64,000 nucleotides of DNA, taken from an uncultured delta proteobacterium. Its GTDB lineage: Bacteria; Desulfobacterota; RBG-13-43-22. Below are positions 31,595-41,824 of this stretch, piece by piece; within the stretch, counting starts at the first letter, position 1; each line of letters starts with the position of its first letter. The notes below the pieces were generated by a model. It was not told where the DNA came from, searched no databases, and saw only the letters and a list, made by a program, of their open reading frames with translations. A program made the translations under genes and the position numbers. The DNA is taken from assembly GCA_963843145.1 (NCBI GenBank), contig CAWJJC010000028.1, forward strand, positions 722,171 to 786,170, read 5' to 3'.

Positions 31595-31623
31595 AATCTA
31601 AATAAGGCCGGGGGAAGTGTCAA
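31595..31623 (-). promoter_or_regulatory. sigma-70-like promoter for nuo operon
   Basis: TTGACA-17 nt-TAGATT on minus strand. Confidence 0.6.
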
Positions 31624-31667
31624 GCGAAAACCTTGATCAGCAGGGCGAAGCGTCGATTAACCTGAAT

Positions 31668-32597
31668 TTAATTTGCCAACCAGTTCCGGGCCTGCTCCAC
31701 GTCCTTATGGATTTGGGCATGCAGGGCTTCCGGCCCGGCAAAAGTTTTTTCGCCGCGCAACCTTTTAAGAAAATGGACGGTCAAGTTCTGCTCGTAAAGG
31801 GGGCGGTCAAAATCGAATAGATAGGTTTCCACCGAAATATGTTTCCCGGCAAAGGTGGGGTTGAAACCCACGTTGGTTACCCCGAAAAACTCGCCGACAG
31901 GCGTTTCTACCTTAACAATATAAACTCCGCGCTGAGGAAGAAGTTTTTCCCGAGGTTCCAGGTTGGCCGTGGGATAGCCGACCACCGAGCGGCCGATGCC
32001 CTGTCCTTTAATCACCCGACCGGAAAGAAAAAAAGGGCGTCCTAAAAGGGACTTGGCTTCCTCCATGGCCCCCGAGGTGATCAGTTCCCGGATCCGGGTA
32101 CTGCTGACCACTTGCCCCCGAATAGTCACCGGGGGGTGGATATGGACCTTGAAATCCCATTGCTCTCCCAATTCTTTTAATAAATGAATGTTCCCTTCCC
32201 GCTTGCGCCCGAAGGTATAGTCATAGCCGATGACGATTTCTTTCATTCCGATAGTATCCAGGAGGACCTCCCGAATAAAGGTTTTCGCCGGCAATTGAGC
32301 GAATTCCCGGGAAAAAGGCAGGGATAAGACTACCTCAATCCCCTGTTGAAAAATGAGCCGGGCTTTGTTTTCATCGGCTACGATCTGGTGGGGGGCTTTG
32401 GAGGGCCGAAGTATCTGGGCCGGGTGGGGATTGAAGGTCATGACCACGGCCGTGCCCCCAATGGCTTGGGCCCGCTCCCGAACTTTTTGAAACAGGCCCT
32501 GGTGGCCCAGGTGGATCCCGTCAAAATTGCCGATGGTCAGGACCGCGGCCGAAAAAGGCTGAAAGATCTGGCTGAGGTCGGTGATAAGTATTTGCAT
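31668..32597 (-). CDS. ribF: riboflavin kinase/FAD synthetase
   Basis: IGNFDGIHLGHQ, SSTRIR, GYPTAN, NVGFNPTF. Confidence 0.96.
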   Translation of the reverse strand: MQILITDLSQIFQPFSAAVLTIGNFDGIHLGHQGLFQKVRERAQAIGGTAVVMTFNPHPAQILRPSKAPHQIVADENKARLIFQQGIEVVLSLPFSREFAQLPAKTFIREVLLDTIGMKEIVIGYDYTFGRKREGNIHLLKELGEQWDFKVHIHPPVTIRGQVVSSTRIRELITSGAMEEAKSLLGRPFFLSGRVIKGQGIGRSVVGYPTANLEPREKLLPQRGVYIVKVETPVGEFFGVTNVGFNPTFAGKHISVETYLFDFDRPLYEQNLTVHFLKRLRGEKTFAGPEALHAQIHKDVEQARNWLAN

Positions 32598-32613
32598 GGT
32601 GTTGAATGAAGAC

Positions 32614-32642
32614 TTGACAGTAGGGACGAATCAATTTATAAT
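32614..32642 (+). promoter_or_regulatory. consensus sigma-70 promoter upstream of tRNA-Leu
   Basis: TTGACA-17 nt-TATAAT exact. Confidence 0.8.
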
Positions 32643-32750
32643 CCCCAACATTAGGAAAAGCAATAAAAAATATCCCGCCGCCTCTCCTCCCAGCACCCCG
32701 TGATCCCCTGATCGGAATGGGGCCGGAGTAAAAGAAGGGGATATTTTTTT

Positions 32751-32837
32751 GCCGAAGTGGCGGAATTGGTAGACGCGCTAGGTTCAGGGTCTAGTAGGTG
32801 TACGCCTGTAGGGGTTCGAGTCCCCTCTTCGGCACCA
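32751..32837 (+). tRNA. tRNA-Leu (CAG)
   Basis: GCCGAAG/CTTCGGC acceptor stem, CTAGG-TTCAGGG-TCTAG anticodon arm, long variable arm, GGTTCGAGTCC, CCA end. Confidence 0.97.
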
Positions 32838-32844
32838 AATGGAT

Positions 32845-32886
32845 GAAAGCGGGCGAGATTCCAATATCTTGCCCGCTTTCGTTTTT
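32845..32886 (+). terminator. hairpin terminator after tRNA
   Basis: GAAAGCGGGCGAGA..TCTTGCCCGCTTTC followed by GTTTTT. Confidence 0.6.
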
Positions 32887-32943
32887 GGGCGGGTGCGGTG
32901 AGAGCGGATCTTTCGGTAATTATTTTCATAAAATGAGATCGTC

Positions 32944-34737
32944 ATGTTAACCGAACTCCATTCGTTCCATATTCCGGTCATGGGAATCGGCCATTCCATC
33001 GACACGCCGATTCGCGTGGCCCCTTTGGGTATTTCTTCCGTGATCTCCCTGGTGGATGATCTCCTGCTGGAGCAGCTCCGCCATTATTACAGCCGGATCC
33101 ATAATCTTCCCTGGACCGCTATTCCGAATGAAGTGGGGGACAGCCGAGCCAAACGGATCACCGCTTATCTTGATCTGGTCCTTCATCTGGTGAACCAGAA
33201 AATGGAGGCCATGCGACGAGAACCCTTTTTCGGAAATAATGACAAAGACACCTACTTCCAGCTTCTTCCGGAGGAGAGTCCGCTTAAGGCGGACTATCAA
33301 AAACTCAAAGGCCTTCCTCCGGGGCCGGAGCGAGAGTCCCTGGCCCGGGACCTGGACTCAAAGATGCGTCCGGGTTCCATCGACGTGAATATTATGGTCA
33401 AGCTGGACCGGGAGAACCGTGATTCCCAGGGGAAACCATTGGGCGGCGAATTTTCGGATGCCCAGGCGGCGCTCCGCGGGTTTGCCGAGAGTCGTCTCGA
33501 CTCCTGCCTAGTTTTGTCCGCTGGGATGAGCAAGAAATTATTCGCCTCGATCGCCCAATTCCGCGATTTCTACCGGGATTCCAAAGGTGAGCTGAAGAAA
33601 AAGATCGTCTTGAAGGTCAGTGATTTTCGCTCGGCCTTCGTCCAGGCCAAATTGCTGGCCAAACGGGGGCTGGAGGTGTCGGAATTCCGCGTGGAATCCG
33701 GCCTCAATTGCGGGGGCCATGCCTTTCCCACCCGCGGGAAACTACTGCCCTGGATTTTAAAGGAGTTCAGAGAAAAATGGGGGCAATTGAAAGGCAGCGC
33801 GGCCTCCCTGGTGGGCGACTACTACGGGAAGATGGGGTGGTCTTATCCGGCTTTCGCTCTGCCGGAGCCTCTTTTGACCGTTCAAGGTGGAATCGGTACC
33901 TCCGGGGAAGCCCGTCGCTTAAGGGAAGGATTCGGCGCCGATCGGACGGGCTGGGGGAGCCCTTTTCTCCTGGTGCCCGAAGCCACTAACGTGGACGATG
34001 TCACCCGTGAGCTTTTGAGACAGGCCAAAGCGGGCGACCTCTACCTGAGCGATATCTCGCCCCTGGGCATTCCTTTCAACACCCTGCGGGGAACCGGCTC
34101 GGAGATTTGGACCCATGAGCAATGGCGGAGGGGGGCTCCCGGTTCTCCCTGCGGCAAGGGCTTTGCCGTCACCAGCACCGAATTTTCGGAAACCCCTCTG
34201 TGCCTGGCCTCGCGCCAATATCAAGGCCTGAAGCTGGCGGAGATTGACGGGCGGGATATCCCGACCGGGGAAAAAGAATTGCTGAAAGCGGCGGTGGTGA
34301 AAAAAACCTGTATTTGTACCCACCTGGGGAACGGGGTACTCATCAAGTTAGGCTTGAAATCTCAAATGGCGGCCCCCCCGGCCGTTTGTCCGGGTCCCAA
34401 CTTAGCCTGGTTTGATCGGCTCTACAGCCTCAAAGAAATGGTGGACCATATTTACGGGCGCGGCCCCTCCCTTGTTCGCCAGGAGCGTCCGCACATGTTT
34501 GCCCAGGAACTGGTCATCAATGTGGACTATTTTGAAGAACTCCTTTCCGGCGGCGGTTCAGCCGATTCCAAGGCGCTGCTGGAATACAAAGAAAACCTGG
34601 ATCAGGGGATCGCGCTTTGTCTGGATATTGCCCGTACGACCCCCTATGCCGACGAAAACCTGGCCTCCCTGGCCCGCTGCGCCAAGGAGCAACAACTCCG
34701 CCTGAACTCCCTCTATTCCAAAAGCCTGGCGGCCTGA
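32944..34737 (+). CDS. conserved hypothetical protein, possible FMN TIM-barrel oxidoreductase
   Basis: 597 aa; FHIPVMG..IDTP, ESGLNCGGHAF, VQGGIG, GWGSPFL, Cys-rich C-half. Confidence 0.7.
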   Translation: MLTELHSFHIPVMGIGHSIDTPIRVAPLGISSVISLVDDLLLEQLRHYYSRIHNLPWTAIPNEVGDSRAKRITAYLDLVLHLVNQKMEAMRREPFFGNNDKDTYFQLLPEESPLKADYQKLKGLPPGPERESLARDLDSKMRPGSIDVNIMVKLDRENRDSQGKPLGGEFSDAQAALRGFAESRLDSCLVLSAGMSKKLFASIAQFRDFYRDSKGELKKKIVLKVSDFRSAFVQAKLLAKRGLEVSEFRVESGLNCGGHAFPTRGKLLPWILKEFREKWGQLKGSAASLVGDYYGKMGWSYPAFALPEPLLTVQGGIGTSGEARRLREGFGADRTGWGSPFLLVPEATNVDDVTRELLRQAKAGDLYLSDISPLGIPFNTLRGTGSEIWTHEQWRRGAPGSPCGKGFAVTSTEFSETPLCLASRQYQGLKLAEIDGRDIPTGEKELLKAAVVKKTCICTHLGNGVLIKLGLKSQMAAPPAVCPGPNLAWFDRLYSLKEMVDHIYGRGPSLVRQERPHMFAQELVINVDYFEELLSGGGSADSKALLEYKENLDQGIALCLDIARTTPYADENLASLARCAKEQQLRLNSLYSKSLAA

Positions 34738-34882
34738 TCGCCATCCGTTTTGAGCCGGTCGCTTTCGTCGGCCTGTTTTCGCCCCCCTTGGCCGTATTTC
34801 ATCCTTGCCAAAATGGGACAAGGGAGTGTATTTATCTTCGCTTGAGGTTATAAATGACCGCCGCGGTCCCCTGTTCGTTTCC

Positions 34883-37882
34883 ATGAAAAAATCCGAGAAG
34901 AAAATCTATAATGCCGCCTCCCGGCCGAAGACGGAAAAAAAAGGGAGGGAGGACGTCCCTCCGGACCGTATCCAGTTGGAGCGGATCGAATTTCACCGCC
35001 AGGGAATGGCTCTGGTTCCAGCGGGTTCCGATCTGGGGCCCGGAGTGGCCTATTTCATTAAGGGAAATGGACGGGACCTGGACCAGCGCTACTGCTCCTG
35101 TTCCCTCTCCGCCCGCCAGACCTGCCCCCACCTGTTGAGGCTTTCGCGCTATTATCAGGAAGCCCAGCGGTTATTTGGCGGGGTCTCGCCCGGGGAGGCC
35201 TTCCAGAGAAGCTCCTGGCATCTGCTGGCCGCGCTGCTGGCCCAGGACTGCCGGGAAACCGCTGAATCAATATCCCTGCAATTCCTCCAGCACGCTCATT
35301 CGCGAATCATCCGGGTAACCGATTCCCAGGGAGAGGAAATGGTGCTTTATCTTTCGACGGGGCCGGATGCCGGACGTTTCCTGGAGCGGTTTGATGGGAA
35401 CTTGGCCGATAATCAAGTTCCCCAGCGGGCCGCGCTGCTAAAAAAACTGGGAGAACTGACCTGGACCGATTCGGAGCGGGCCATGAATCAAATGGGCTAC
35501 CAAACCTACGGCCAGGTATTCGAGCAGAATTTCTGGCATCGTTTTGCCTACCATGGTTTTCGGGAATTTCTGGGGCTGGAAATTTCCTTTGTACCGGCTA
35601 TCGAGAAGGAGTCGGGTCGATTTATGGTGACCGGAAGGCATCCTGGGGGGGCGCCGCTGTTTCACTTGGTCATTCCCCGGAAAGGGGTAAAGGGATTTTT
35701 GAAAGGCTTCCGCGACCGACTGCCGAACCAGCACGGCCTGTCCATCCATCCTCTTCCGCTCAAGTCCATCTTCAAGATTTCCGCCAATACTAAGATGGAC
35801 CTGACCGTCCGGCCCCTGATCCAGGTCTTGCAGGCCGATGGAGAGATAAAATATCTCAAAAAAGAAGGGCTGGAAAAATTCCGTTATGGGGACCTGATTT
35901 ACGTCAAGGAACTGGGGATCCTGGCGGAACTGGAGCCCCCCGGCCCCCTGGAACGGAAATTTGCCGCGCCGGTCAAGATGGTTCTCAAAAAATCGCAGGT
36001 CCCCAGATTCCTGGAGGAATACGGGCAGGCCCTGCGCCAGGGGGCACACCTGATCGATCCTTCGCTAGAGAAATTACTCATCCACCGCCAAGTGAATCAG
36101 GTGGAGATTTCACCTCGGGCCCTGGATCGGGATTGGTGTTGGCTCGACCTTCGCTATGGCATCGGAAAAAGCTCCCTTTCCTTGACGGAAATCCTCAAGG
36201 CTCGCGAAGCGGGTCAACGGTATATCCCTGTTCCAGACGGCTGGGTGGATTGCCTAGCGCTTGAACTGGAGGGCTTGCCGCTCCTGAAAGAGGCCCAGGG
36301 GTTGGGAAAGAGCCCTACCGGGCGGGAAGGGTTGAGGCTTTCCCGCCTGGATCTTTTCCGTCTTCAGGCTACCGGGACTGCTCCCTGGGAAGTGGTGGGG
36401 GCCACCAGGGAAGCAGCCGCCATAAAGTATCTCCTGGCATTGAGGCCCGCTAAACCTCTGGGAACCCTGAAAGGCATGAAGTCCCCCTTGCGGGACTATC
36501 AGAAGGTCGGAGTGGACTGGCTCTCCTTTCTTTTTGAAAACCGATTGGGGGGTCTCCTCTGCGATGACATGGGCCTGGGCAAGACCCATCAGATTATGGC
36601 CCTGATGGTCAAGTTACGGGAGCAGGAGAAGAATCACCAGCCCCTGCTGGTGGTCTGTCCCACGACGGTCCTGAGCCATTGGAGCAAAAAAATCTTCGAC
36701 CATACCCGGGGCTTAAAAGCGCAACTGTTCCATGGGGGAGAACGGGATCTGGCCGCGACCCTAAAAAAGAATCCGGTCCTGATAACTACCTACGGCATTC
36801 TCCGAAACGATATTGATCAGTTGAAAGAAATTTCTTTTGCCCTGGCGGTTTTCGATGAAATTCAAAACCTGAAAAATGCGGATACCCTGACCTACCAGGC
36901 GGCCCAAAAGATTCGGGCCGCTACCAAGTTGGGATTGACCGGTACGCCTATTGAAAACCATTTATTCGAGTTAAAATCCTTGTTGGACCTGGTGGCCCTG
37001 GGCTACCTGGGATCGGATCAGGCTTTCAGCGAACGCTACGTCAAACCCATCGAAAAGGACCTTAACGGCCTCCAGCGGGAAAGACTGAACCGGATGATCT
37101 CCCCCCTGGTATTGCGCCGCCTGAAAAAAACCGTTCTGGCGGAACTTCCGGAAAAGATCGAAGACCTGCGGTTTTGTGCTTTGAGCGAGGACCAGGTCCG
37201 GCTCTATCGGCAGTCCGTTGCCTCCCGGGGCCAGGGGTTGTTGGCAGCCCTCCAGGATAAAAAAACCCCGGTCCCGTACCTTCACATTTTCGCCCTCTTG
37301 ACCTTACTTAAACAGATTTGTGACCACCCGGCGCTGGTGGAAAAAAAGCCGGAGGCGTATGAAAAATACGAATCCGGCAAATGGGAGCTGTTCCGGGAAT
37401 TGCTGGAAGAGGGTCTGGACAGCGGCCAGAAGATCGTGGTTTATAGTCAATTTCTGGGCATGATCGGGATAATGGAACGATACCTGAAGGGAATGGGGGT
37501 GGGGTTCGCAGCCTTGACCGGCTCCAGTCGGAAGCGGGGAGAGCTCATTGCCCGGTTCAATGAGGATCCCGATTGCCGGGTTTTCCTGGGCAGTCTGAAG
37601 GCCGGCGGGACCGGAATTGATCTGGTGGCCGCTTCCATGGTCATCCATTATGACCGCTGGTGGAACGCCGCCCGTGAGGATCAGGCCACGGATCGGGTCC
37701 ACCGTATCGGGCAGCAGCGGGGAGTTCAGGTCTTCAAGTTGGTGACCACCGGGACCTTGGAAGAAAAAATATCGGCTATCATCGAAAGAAAGAAAAACCT
37801 CATGGAGGCCATTGTCCGGGAGGATGATCCCAACCTGCTTAAAACGTTTACCCGGGAAGAACTGATCGACCTGCTCACCTGA
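34883..37882 (+). CDS. SWIM-finger SNF2-family ATPase/helicase
   Basis: CSC..CPH; DDMGLGKT, DEIQ, TGTPIEN, QATDRVHRIGQ. Confidence 0.92.
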   Translation: MKKSEKKIYNAASRPKTEKKGREDVPPDRIQLERIEFHRQGMALVPAGSDLGPGVAYFIKGNGRDLDQRYCSCSLSARQTCPHLLRLSRYYQEAQRLFGGVSPGEAFQRSSWHLLAALLAQDCRETAESISLQFLQHAHSRIIRVTDSQGEEMVLYLSTGPDAGRFLERFDGNLADNQVPQRAALLKKLGELTWTDSERAMNQMGYQTYGQVFEQNFWHRFAYHGFREFLGLEISFVPAIEKESGRFMVTGRHPGGAPLFHLVIPRKGVKGFLKGFRDRLPNQHGLSIHPLPLKSIFKISANTKMDLTVRPLIQVLQADGEIKYLKKEGLEKFRYGDLIYVKELGILAELEPPGPLERKFAAPVKMVLKKSQVPRFLEEYGQALRQGAHLIDPSLEKLLIHRQVNQVEISPRALDRDWCWLDLRYGIGKSSLSLTEILKAREAGQRYIPVPDGWVDCLALELEGLPLLKEAQGLGKSPTGREGLRLSRLDLFRLQATGTAPWEVVGATREAAAIKYLLALRPAKPLGTLKGMKSPLRDYQKVGVDWLSFLFENRLGGLLCDDMGLGKTHQIMALMVKLREQEKNHQPLLVVCPTTVLSHWSKKIFDHTRGLKAQLFHGGERDLAATLKKNPVLITTYGILRNDIDQLKEISFALAVFDEIQNLKNADTLTYQAAQKIRAATKLGLTGTPIENHLFELKSLLDLVALGYLGSDQAFSERYVKPIEKDLNGLQRERLNRMISPLVLRRLKKTVLAELPEKIEDLRFCALSEDQVRLYRQSVASRGQGLLAALQDKKTPVPYLHIFALLTLLKQICDHPALVEKKPEAYEKYESGKWELFRELLEEGLDSGQKIVVYSQFLGMIGIMERYLKGMGVGFAALTGSSRKRGELIARFNEDPDCRVFLGSLKAGGTGIDLVAASMVIHYDRWWNAAREDQATDRVHRIGQQRGVQVFKLVTTGTLEEKISAIIERKKNLMEAIVREDDPNLLKTFTREELIDLLT

Positions 37883-37933
37883 TTTTTCCCTATTGACCTG
37901 CCGGTAAACCGGTTTTAATATAAAAACAGACGC

Positions 37934-38242
37934 TTCGCCCTTTTGGGTGGGTACCCCCCAGATCTGGTATGGCCGATGGGTCTCGGCGAAAGGGCTTTCC
38001 AAAGGTACTCCGGACTTCGAACCCGGGCCTAAATTACCAATTTTATTTGAAGCAGGCCCAAACTCAAAGGCTTTGGATGCTTCTTCGGCCGGCCCTGCCT
38101 CCGTGAAGATTTAGAAACATGGGGGCCGGGTTAGAACCTATAAAGCAAGGTGGAAAACCCTTTCGCCGAGACCCATCGGCCACGAAGGCCTGATTTCAGT
38201 CTAATCTACCAGATATTGTGGCCACCCACCCAAAAGGGCGAA
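37934..38242. repeat. 309-nt structured element with near-perfect inverted arms (ncRNA or MITE candidate)
   Basis: 19-bp perfect, 8-bp perfect and 32-bp (1 mismatch) nested stems. Confidence 0.75.
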
Positions 38243-38275
38243 CAACCTAAAAAAAACGCTCAAGAAAAGGACCCC

Positions 38276-38491
38276 ATGGCCTGCGTTAAACCCGACGGCA
38301 GTCTCACCGAGACGGCTAAAGTCCTGTTGAGACAAATCGAAAACCCGCTGAACGCCGAGGAGATCGCTTCCCGGGTCAACCAACCTTTGTTTAAGGTTCG
38401 CAGCGTCATGCGCGAACTGGTGAGCAACAGCCTGGCGATGGAAGAGAACGGTAAGTTTCAGGTTTCATCCAAAGGGAAAGAGAAATGGTAG
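38276..38491 (+). CDS. small winged-helix-like protein (MACVxPDG N-terminus)
   Basis: ATG 38276 after AAGG; EEIASRVNQPLFKVRSVMREL HTH-like. Confidence 0.75.
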   Translation: MACVKPDGSLTETAKVLLRQIENPLNAEEIASRVNQPLFKVRSVMRELVSNSLAMEENGKFQVSSKGKEKW

Positions 38492-38572
38492 TCTTATTGC
38501 CCGTCTCATTTCAGCGAACTTATCAGGACTGAATTAAGAAGTAAAAAGTAAAATCAAACAGGAGGTGCCCGT

Positions 38573-39226
38573 ATGGAGCATATTCAGGAGGGTCCCGTGG
38601 CCATTCCCCGAATCGGTTCTCCCGCGCCCCCCTTTGAGGCCGTAACCTCGATGGGGACCCTTAAACTGGAGGATTTTAAAGGAGGCTGGCTGATTTTATT
38701 TTCCCATCCGGCGGATTTTACGCCGGTCTGCACCACGGAGTTTATCGCCTTTGCCAAACTGCACCCCAAACTGCGGGAGATGAACTGCGAACTGATGGGC
38801 CTGAGCATCGACAGCGTTTATTCCCATATCGCCTGGGTCCGCAATATCGAAGAGAAACTGAAGGTCAAGATTACCTTTCCCGTGATCGCCGATTTGAACA
38901 AGGACGTGGCCGGCCTGTACGGCATGATCATGCCCGGGGAGAGCACTACCGAGACCTCCCGCTGCGTGTTTATCATCGACGAAAAACAGGTCATCCGGGC
39001 CATCATCTACTATCCCCTGACTACCGGCCGGAACACCGCTGAAATCCTGCGAGTGCTCCAGGCCCTGCAAACGACGGATAAAAATGGCGTGGCCACGCCG
39101 GCCAACTGGCGTCCCGGAGACGAAGTGATCATCCCGCCGCCCAGGACCCAGGAAATGGCCGAAGAGCGGGTGGCCAACAAAGAGACCAAGTGCAAAGACT
39201 GGTACTTCTGTAAGAAAAAATTATAG
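38573..39226 (+). CDS. peroxiredoxin (Prx6/archaeal type)
   Basis: HPADFTPVCTTE, TPANW, CKDWYFC; GGAGG RBS. Confidence 0.95.
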   Translation: MEHIQEGPVAIPRIGSPAPPFEAVTSMGTLKLEDFKGGWLILFSHPADFTPVCTTEFIAFAKLHPKLREMNCELMGLSIDSVYSHIAWVRNIEEKLKVKITFPVIADLNKDVAGLYGMIMPGESTTETSRCVFIIDEKQVIRAIIYYPLTTGRNTAEILRVLQALQTTDKNGVATPANWRPGDEVIIPPPRTQEMAEERVANKETKCKDWYFCKKKL

Positions 39227-39238
39227 CCGGAGGCACCC

Positions 39239-39298
39239 ATGGTCTGTATCAATCCCGATGGGACCCTAAGCGAGAATGCAACTGAAAGAAATTATTAA
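39239..39298 (+). pseudogene. 19-codon relic paralogous to the N-terminus of 38276-38491
   Basis: GGAGG RBS, MVCINPDGTLSE then stop. Confidence 0.55.
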
Positions 39299-39701
39299 AG
39301 GGACGAGTCCCTTTGCTGAAATGCTCGGGATTCGGGTAGCCGGGTTCGGGGACGGCGTCGGGCAATGTGTCTTGGAAATAAGAGAGGAAATGCTGAATCT
39401 GCATGGTTCCGTACACGGAGGGGTCATTTATTCCCTGGCCGATATCGGCATGGGTGTGGCCTTGCATTCTCTTCTGGACCAGGGAGAAGGGTGTTCGACT
39501 ATCGAGATCAAGATGAACTACTTCGTCCCGGCCCGGGGCCAACGCCTGACCTGTACCAGCCGGGTCCTTCAAAAAGGGAAATCCATTGCCGTACTGGAGG
39601 CCGAAATTAAAGATCGCCGCCGGCTGATTGCCAAAGGAATGGGAACCTTTGCCGTATTATCGGCCGTGGGTAGTTCCGGGAAAGAGAAGCCTAACCAATA
39701 A
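39276..39701 (+). CDS. PaaI-family thioesterase
   Basis: NLHGSVHGGVIYSLAD. Confidence 0.9.
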   Translation: MQLKEIIKGTSPFAEMLGIRVAGFGDGVGQCVLEIREEMLNLHGSVHGGVIYSLADIGMGVALHSLLDQGEGCSTIEIKMNYFVPARGQRLTCTSRVLQKGKSIAVLEAEIKDRRRLIAKGMGTFAVLSAVGSSGKEKPNQ

Positions 39702-39787
39702 GTTAGCCGTGCAGGTCAGCGCTGGGAAGATCCGCGTGTATGAGACGGTACACGACTATCATTTTGGGAGGATTGGCAGCCGAATTT

Positions 39788-41309
39788 CTAAGCGGGGGGC
39801 CTCGATTTCAGCGGTCCGACCGCCAGTAGATAAAGAAGCCGGGAGTCGGCATTCAATCCCAGCAGGTCGGCCGCTTCCTGGTCATACAAAGCCCCAATTC
39901 CGCAGCAGCCCAACCCCAGGGCCGTAGCCGCCAGGTAGAGACGCTCTCCCAGTCGGCCGGCGGTCATCAGCGCGTAGCGATATCCTCGGGGCCCCCATTG
40001 TTCGTCCAATTGCCGCAGATTGCTCATCAATAGAAAATGGACCGCCGCCTGAGCCAACCAGGCCTGATCCAGGCAGATCCGGGTCATCTGCCGGGTAAAG
40101 GAGCCGGCAACGGCCGGTCCTATGGATTTCGAAAGACCGTCCAGAAGGTAAAAACCCGGAGGAATTCCTTCGACTCTTTCGGCCAGGCAACCTACGGCCA
40201 GGGTCTGATGGGGTTTCCAGCCCTCGCCCGATTCCGTTTCTTCAAAATAGGCCAGCGACGACCAGAGGGCCTGCCAGCTTTTCCCGCTCATGGGGGTCGT
40301 GACATAATTGCGCTGGGAGCGGCGTGAAAAGACGGCCCGGTCCAGGTTCACCCTTTCCTCCGGGGAAGAGAACCCGGGAAGGGGAGACCAGACTTTCACT
40401 TCCGGTCCGATCAGACGGACCATAGTGCCTGAAGCAGCCGGTTCGGTTGTTATGGGACCTCCGGCTTCGTAGGCTTCCCGTATAAGCGGATAGTCCACCT
40501 CCAGGTTGGCCACCCGGCTGGCCTGCTGAAGGGCTGAAGGCAAAGGGCGGAGAGACGAATCCGCGACGAACGCCGGAGAATCCTGGGGTCTATTGGCTCG
40601 AACAATGGCCAGGGGGACTTCCAACTTCTCGTCCAGCCCGAGCATTCGGCCCAAGGTCCGGTCCTCAAAATCGGCGGTGAGTTGATAGGGCAGGGACAGG
40701 GCTTTCAGGGCCAGGACCAAGTGTTCGATGACGTGGCCCGTGTCCAGCAGGTGATAGCGAAAGGCCCGGTTGCGGTATTTCCAGGAACTGCGGAAAAAGA
40801 TGGCGGTTAGAAAAAAAGTGATGAGGGGATCTCGGGAGGCCTGCTCCGGCCGGTTGCCTCGAAGGGGGATCTGGACCATTTCCGGAGCGAAGCTGGGAAA
40901 GCCCATGCCGGGCAACGGAAAAATGATACAGCCCGTCCTCCAGCCCCTTCACCCCGGCCAGCGCCGCGTAGATCTCGGTCGGATAGAGGGCCCCGGCCGA
41001 GGCCGTGGAGCGGTAATAAAAATTTCCGTCCGGATGATGGGCCTTGGCGGTCAGGCTGTGCGTCAACAGAAGAATGGCGGACAGGTCTTCCGCCGTGAGT
41101 TCCGGACGGGGATCCGTACCCGGGGCCTGCCGGAACAGATTCCCTATTGGAATTTGGGGCAGGTTGGGCTCCCGGGGCAGCAGGATTGGCTCTATCCCGG
41201 GATAGGTTTTATAGACGTTGGGCTGATTGGCCCAGTCCATAGAATGCCCACTCATCCGATCGCGCCGGTAACTGGTTTCCAAATGGTACTGGGCGGCGGA
41301 AAGCGTCAT
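39788..41309 (-). CDS. SagB/ThcOx-family tandem nitroreductase-domain protein, frameshift near 40880
   Basis: STASAGALYPTE in ORF1; RAFRYHLLDTGH, RRSQR, GCCGIGA in ORF2. Confidence 0.82.
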
Positions 41310-41364
41310 GAGGCGGAAATACTAACCAAAAATATCGGGTTTCGGATTTAGGTTGCGAAGCGGG

Positions 41365-41805
41365 TCAAGCATCCTTCAGTTTGCGGACGATGGAACGTCC
41401 GTATTCTTGCGCCATCTGAATGCCGCCGCCCAGGGCCACGCTTTTCAGCCGCAAGGCGTCACTGACCAGGTTCATTTTGAAAATGTTCTTCATCGTCTGG
41501 TAAATGCGCTCCGGGGCCTCGCCGCTCCAGCCGAAGGCCCCAAAAGCGCCGCCCACCCTTCCTTCCAGGCCGGCCTTTTCCGCCAGAAAAAGGAAGGTTT
41601 TCATGGGCTGGATCATTTCCCCGTGATAGGTGGGGGCGCCGAAGACGAAGGCCCGATATCCGGCCAGCAGCTTTTCGTCCTTGATCGTCGAGACATTGAC
41701 CACCTCGGCCTCCAGTCCTTCCATCCGGATTCCCTCGGCGATGGCCTCGGCGATTTTTGTCGTGTCGCCGCTCCGGGTGGCATAGGCAATTAAAACGTCG
41801 GGCAT
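41365..41805 (-). CDS. flavodoxin-domain protein
   Basis: YATRSGDT, GAPTYHG, GAFGWSGEA. Confidence 0.88.
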   Translation of the reverse strand: MPDVLIAYATRSGDTTKIAEAIAEGIRMEGLEAEVVNVSTIKDEKLLAGYRAFVFGAPTYHGEMIQPMKTFLFLAEKAGLEGRVGGAFGAFGWSGEAPERIYQTMKNIFKMNLVSDALRLKSVALGGGIQMAQEYGRSIVRKLKDA

Positions 41806-41824
41806 CCCTGTTCTCCTTTTAAAG

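Noticed and set aside
32751-37882. tRNA-integrated genomic island
   Set aside because: No integrase and no duplicated tRNA 3' end noticed
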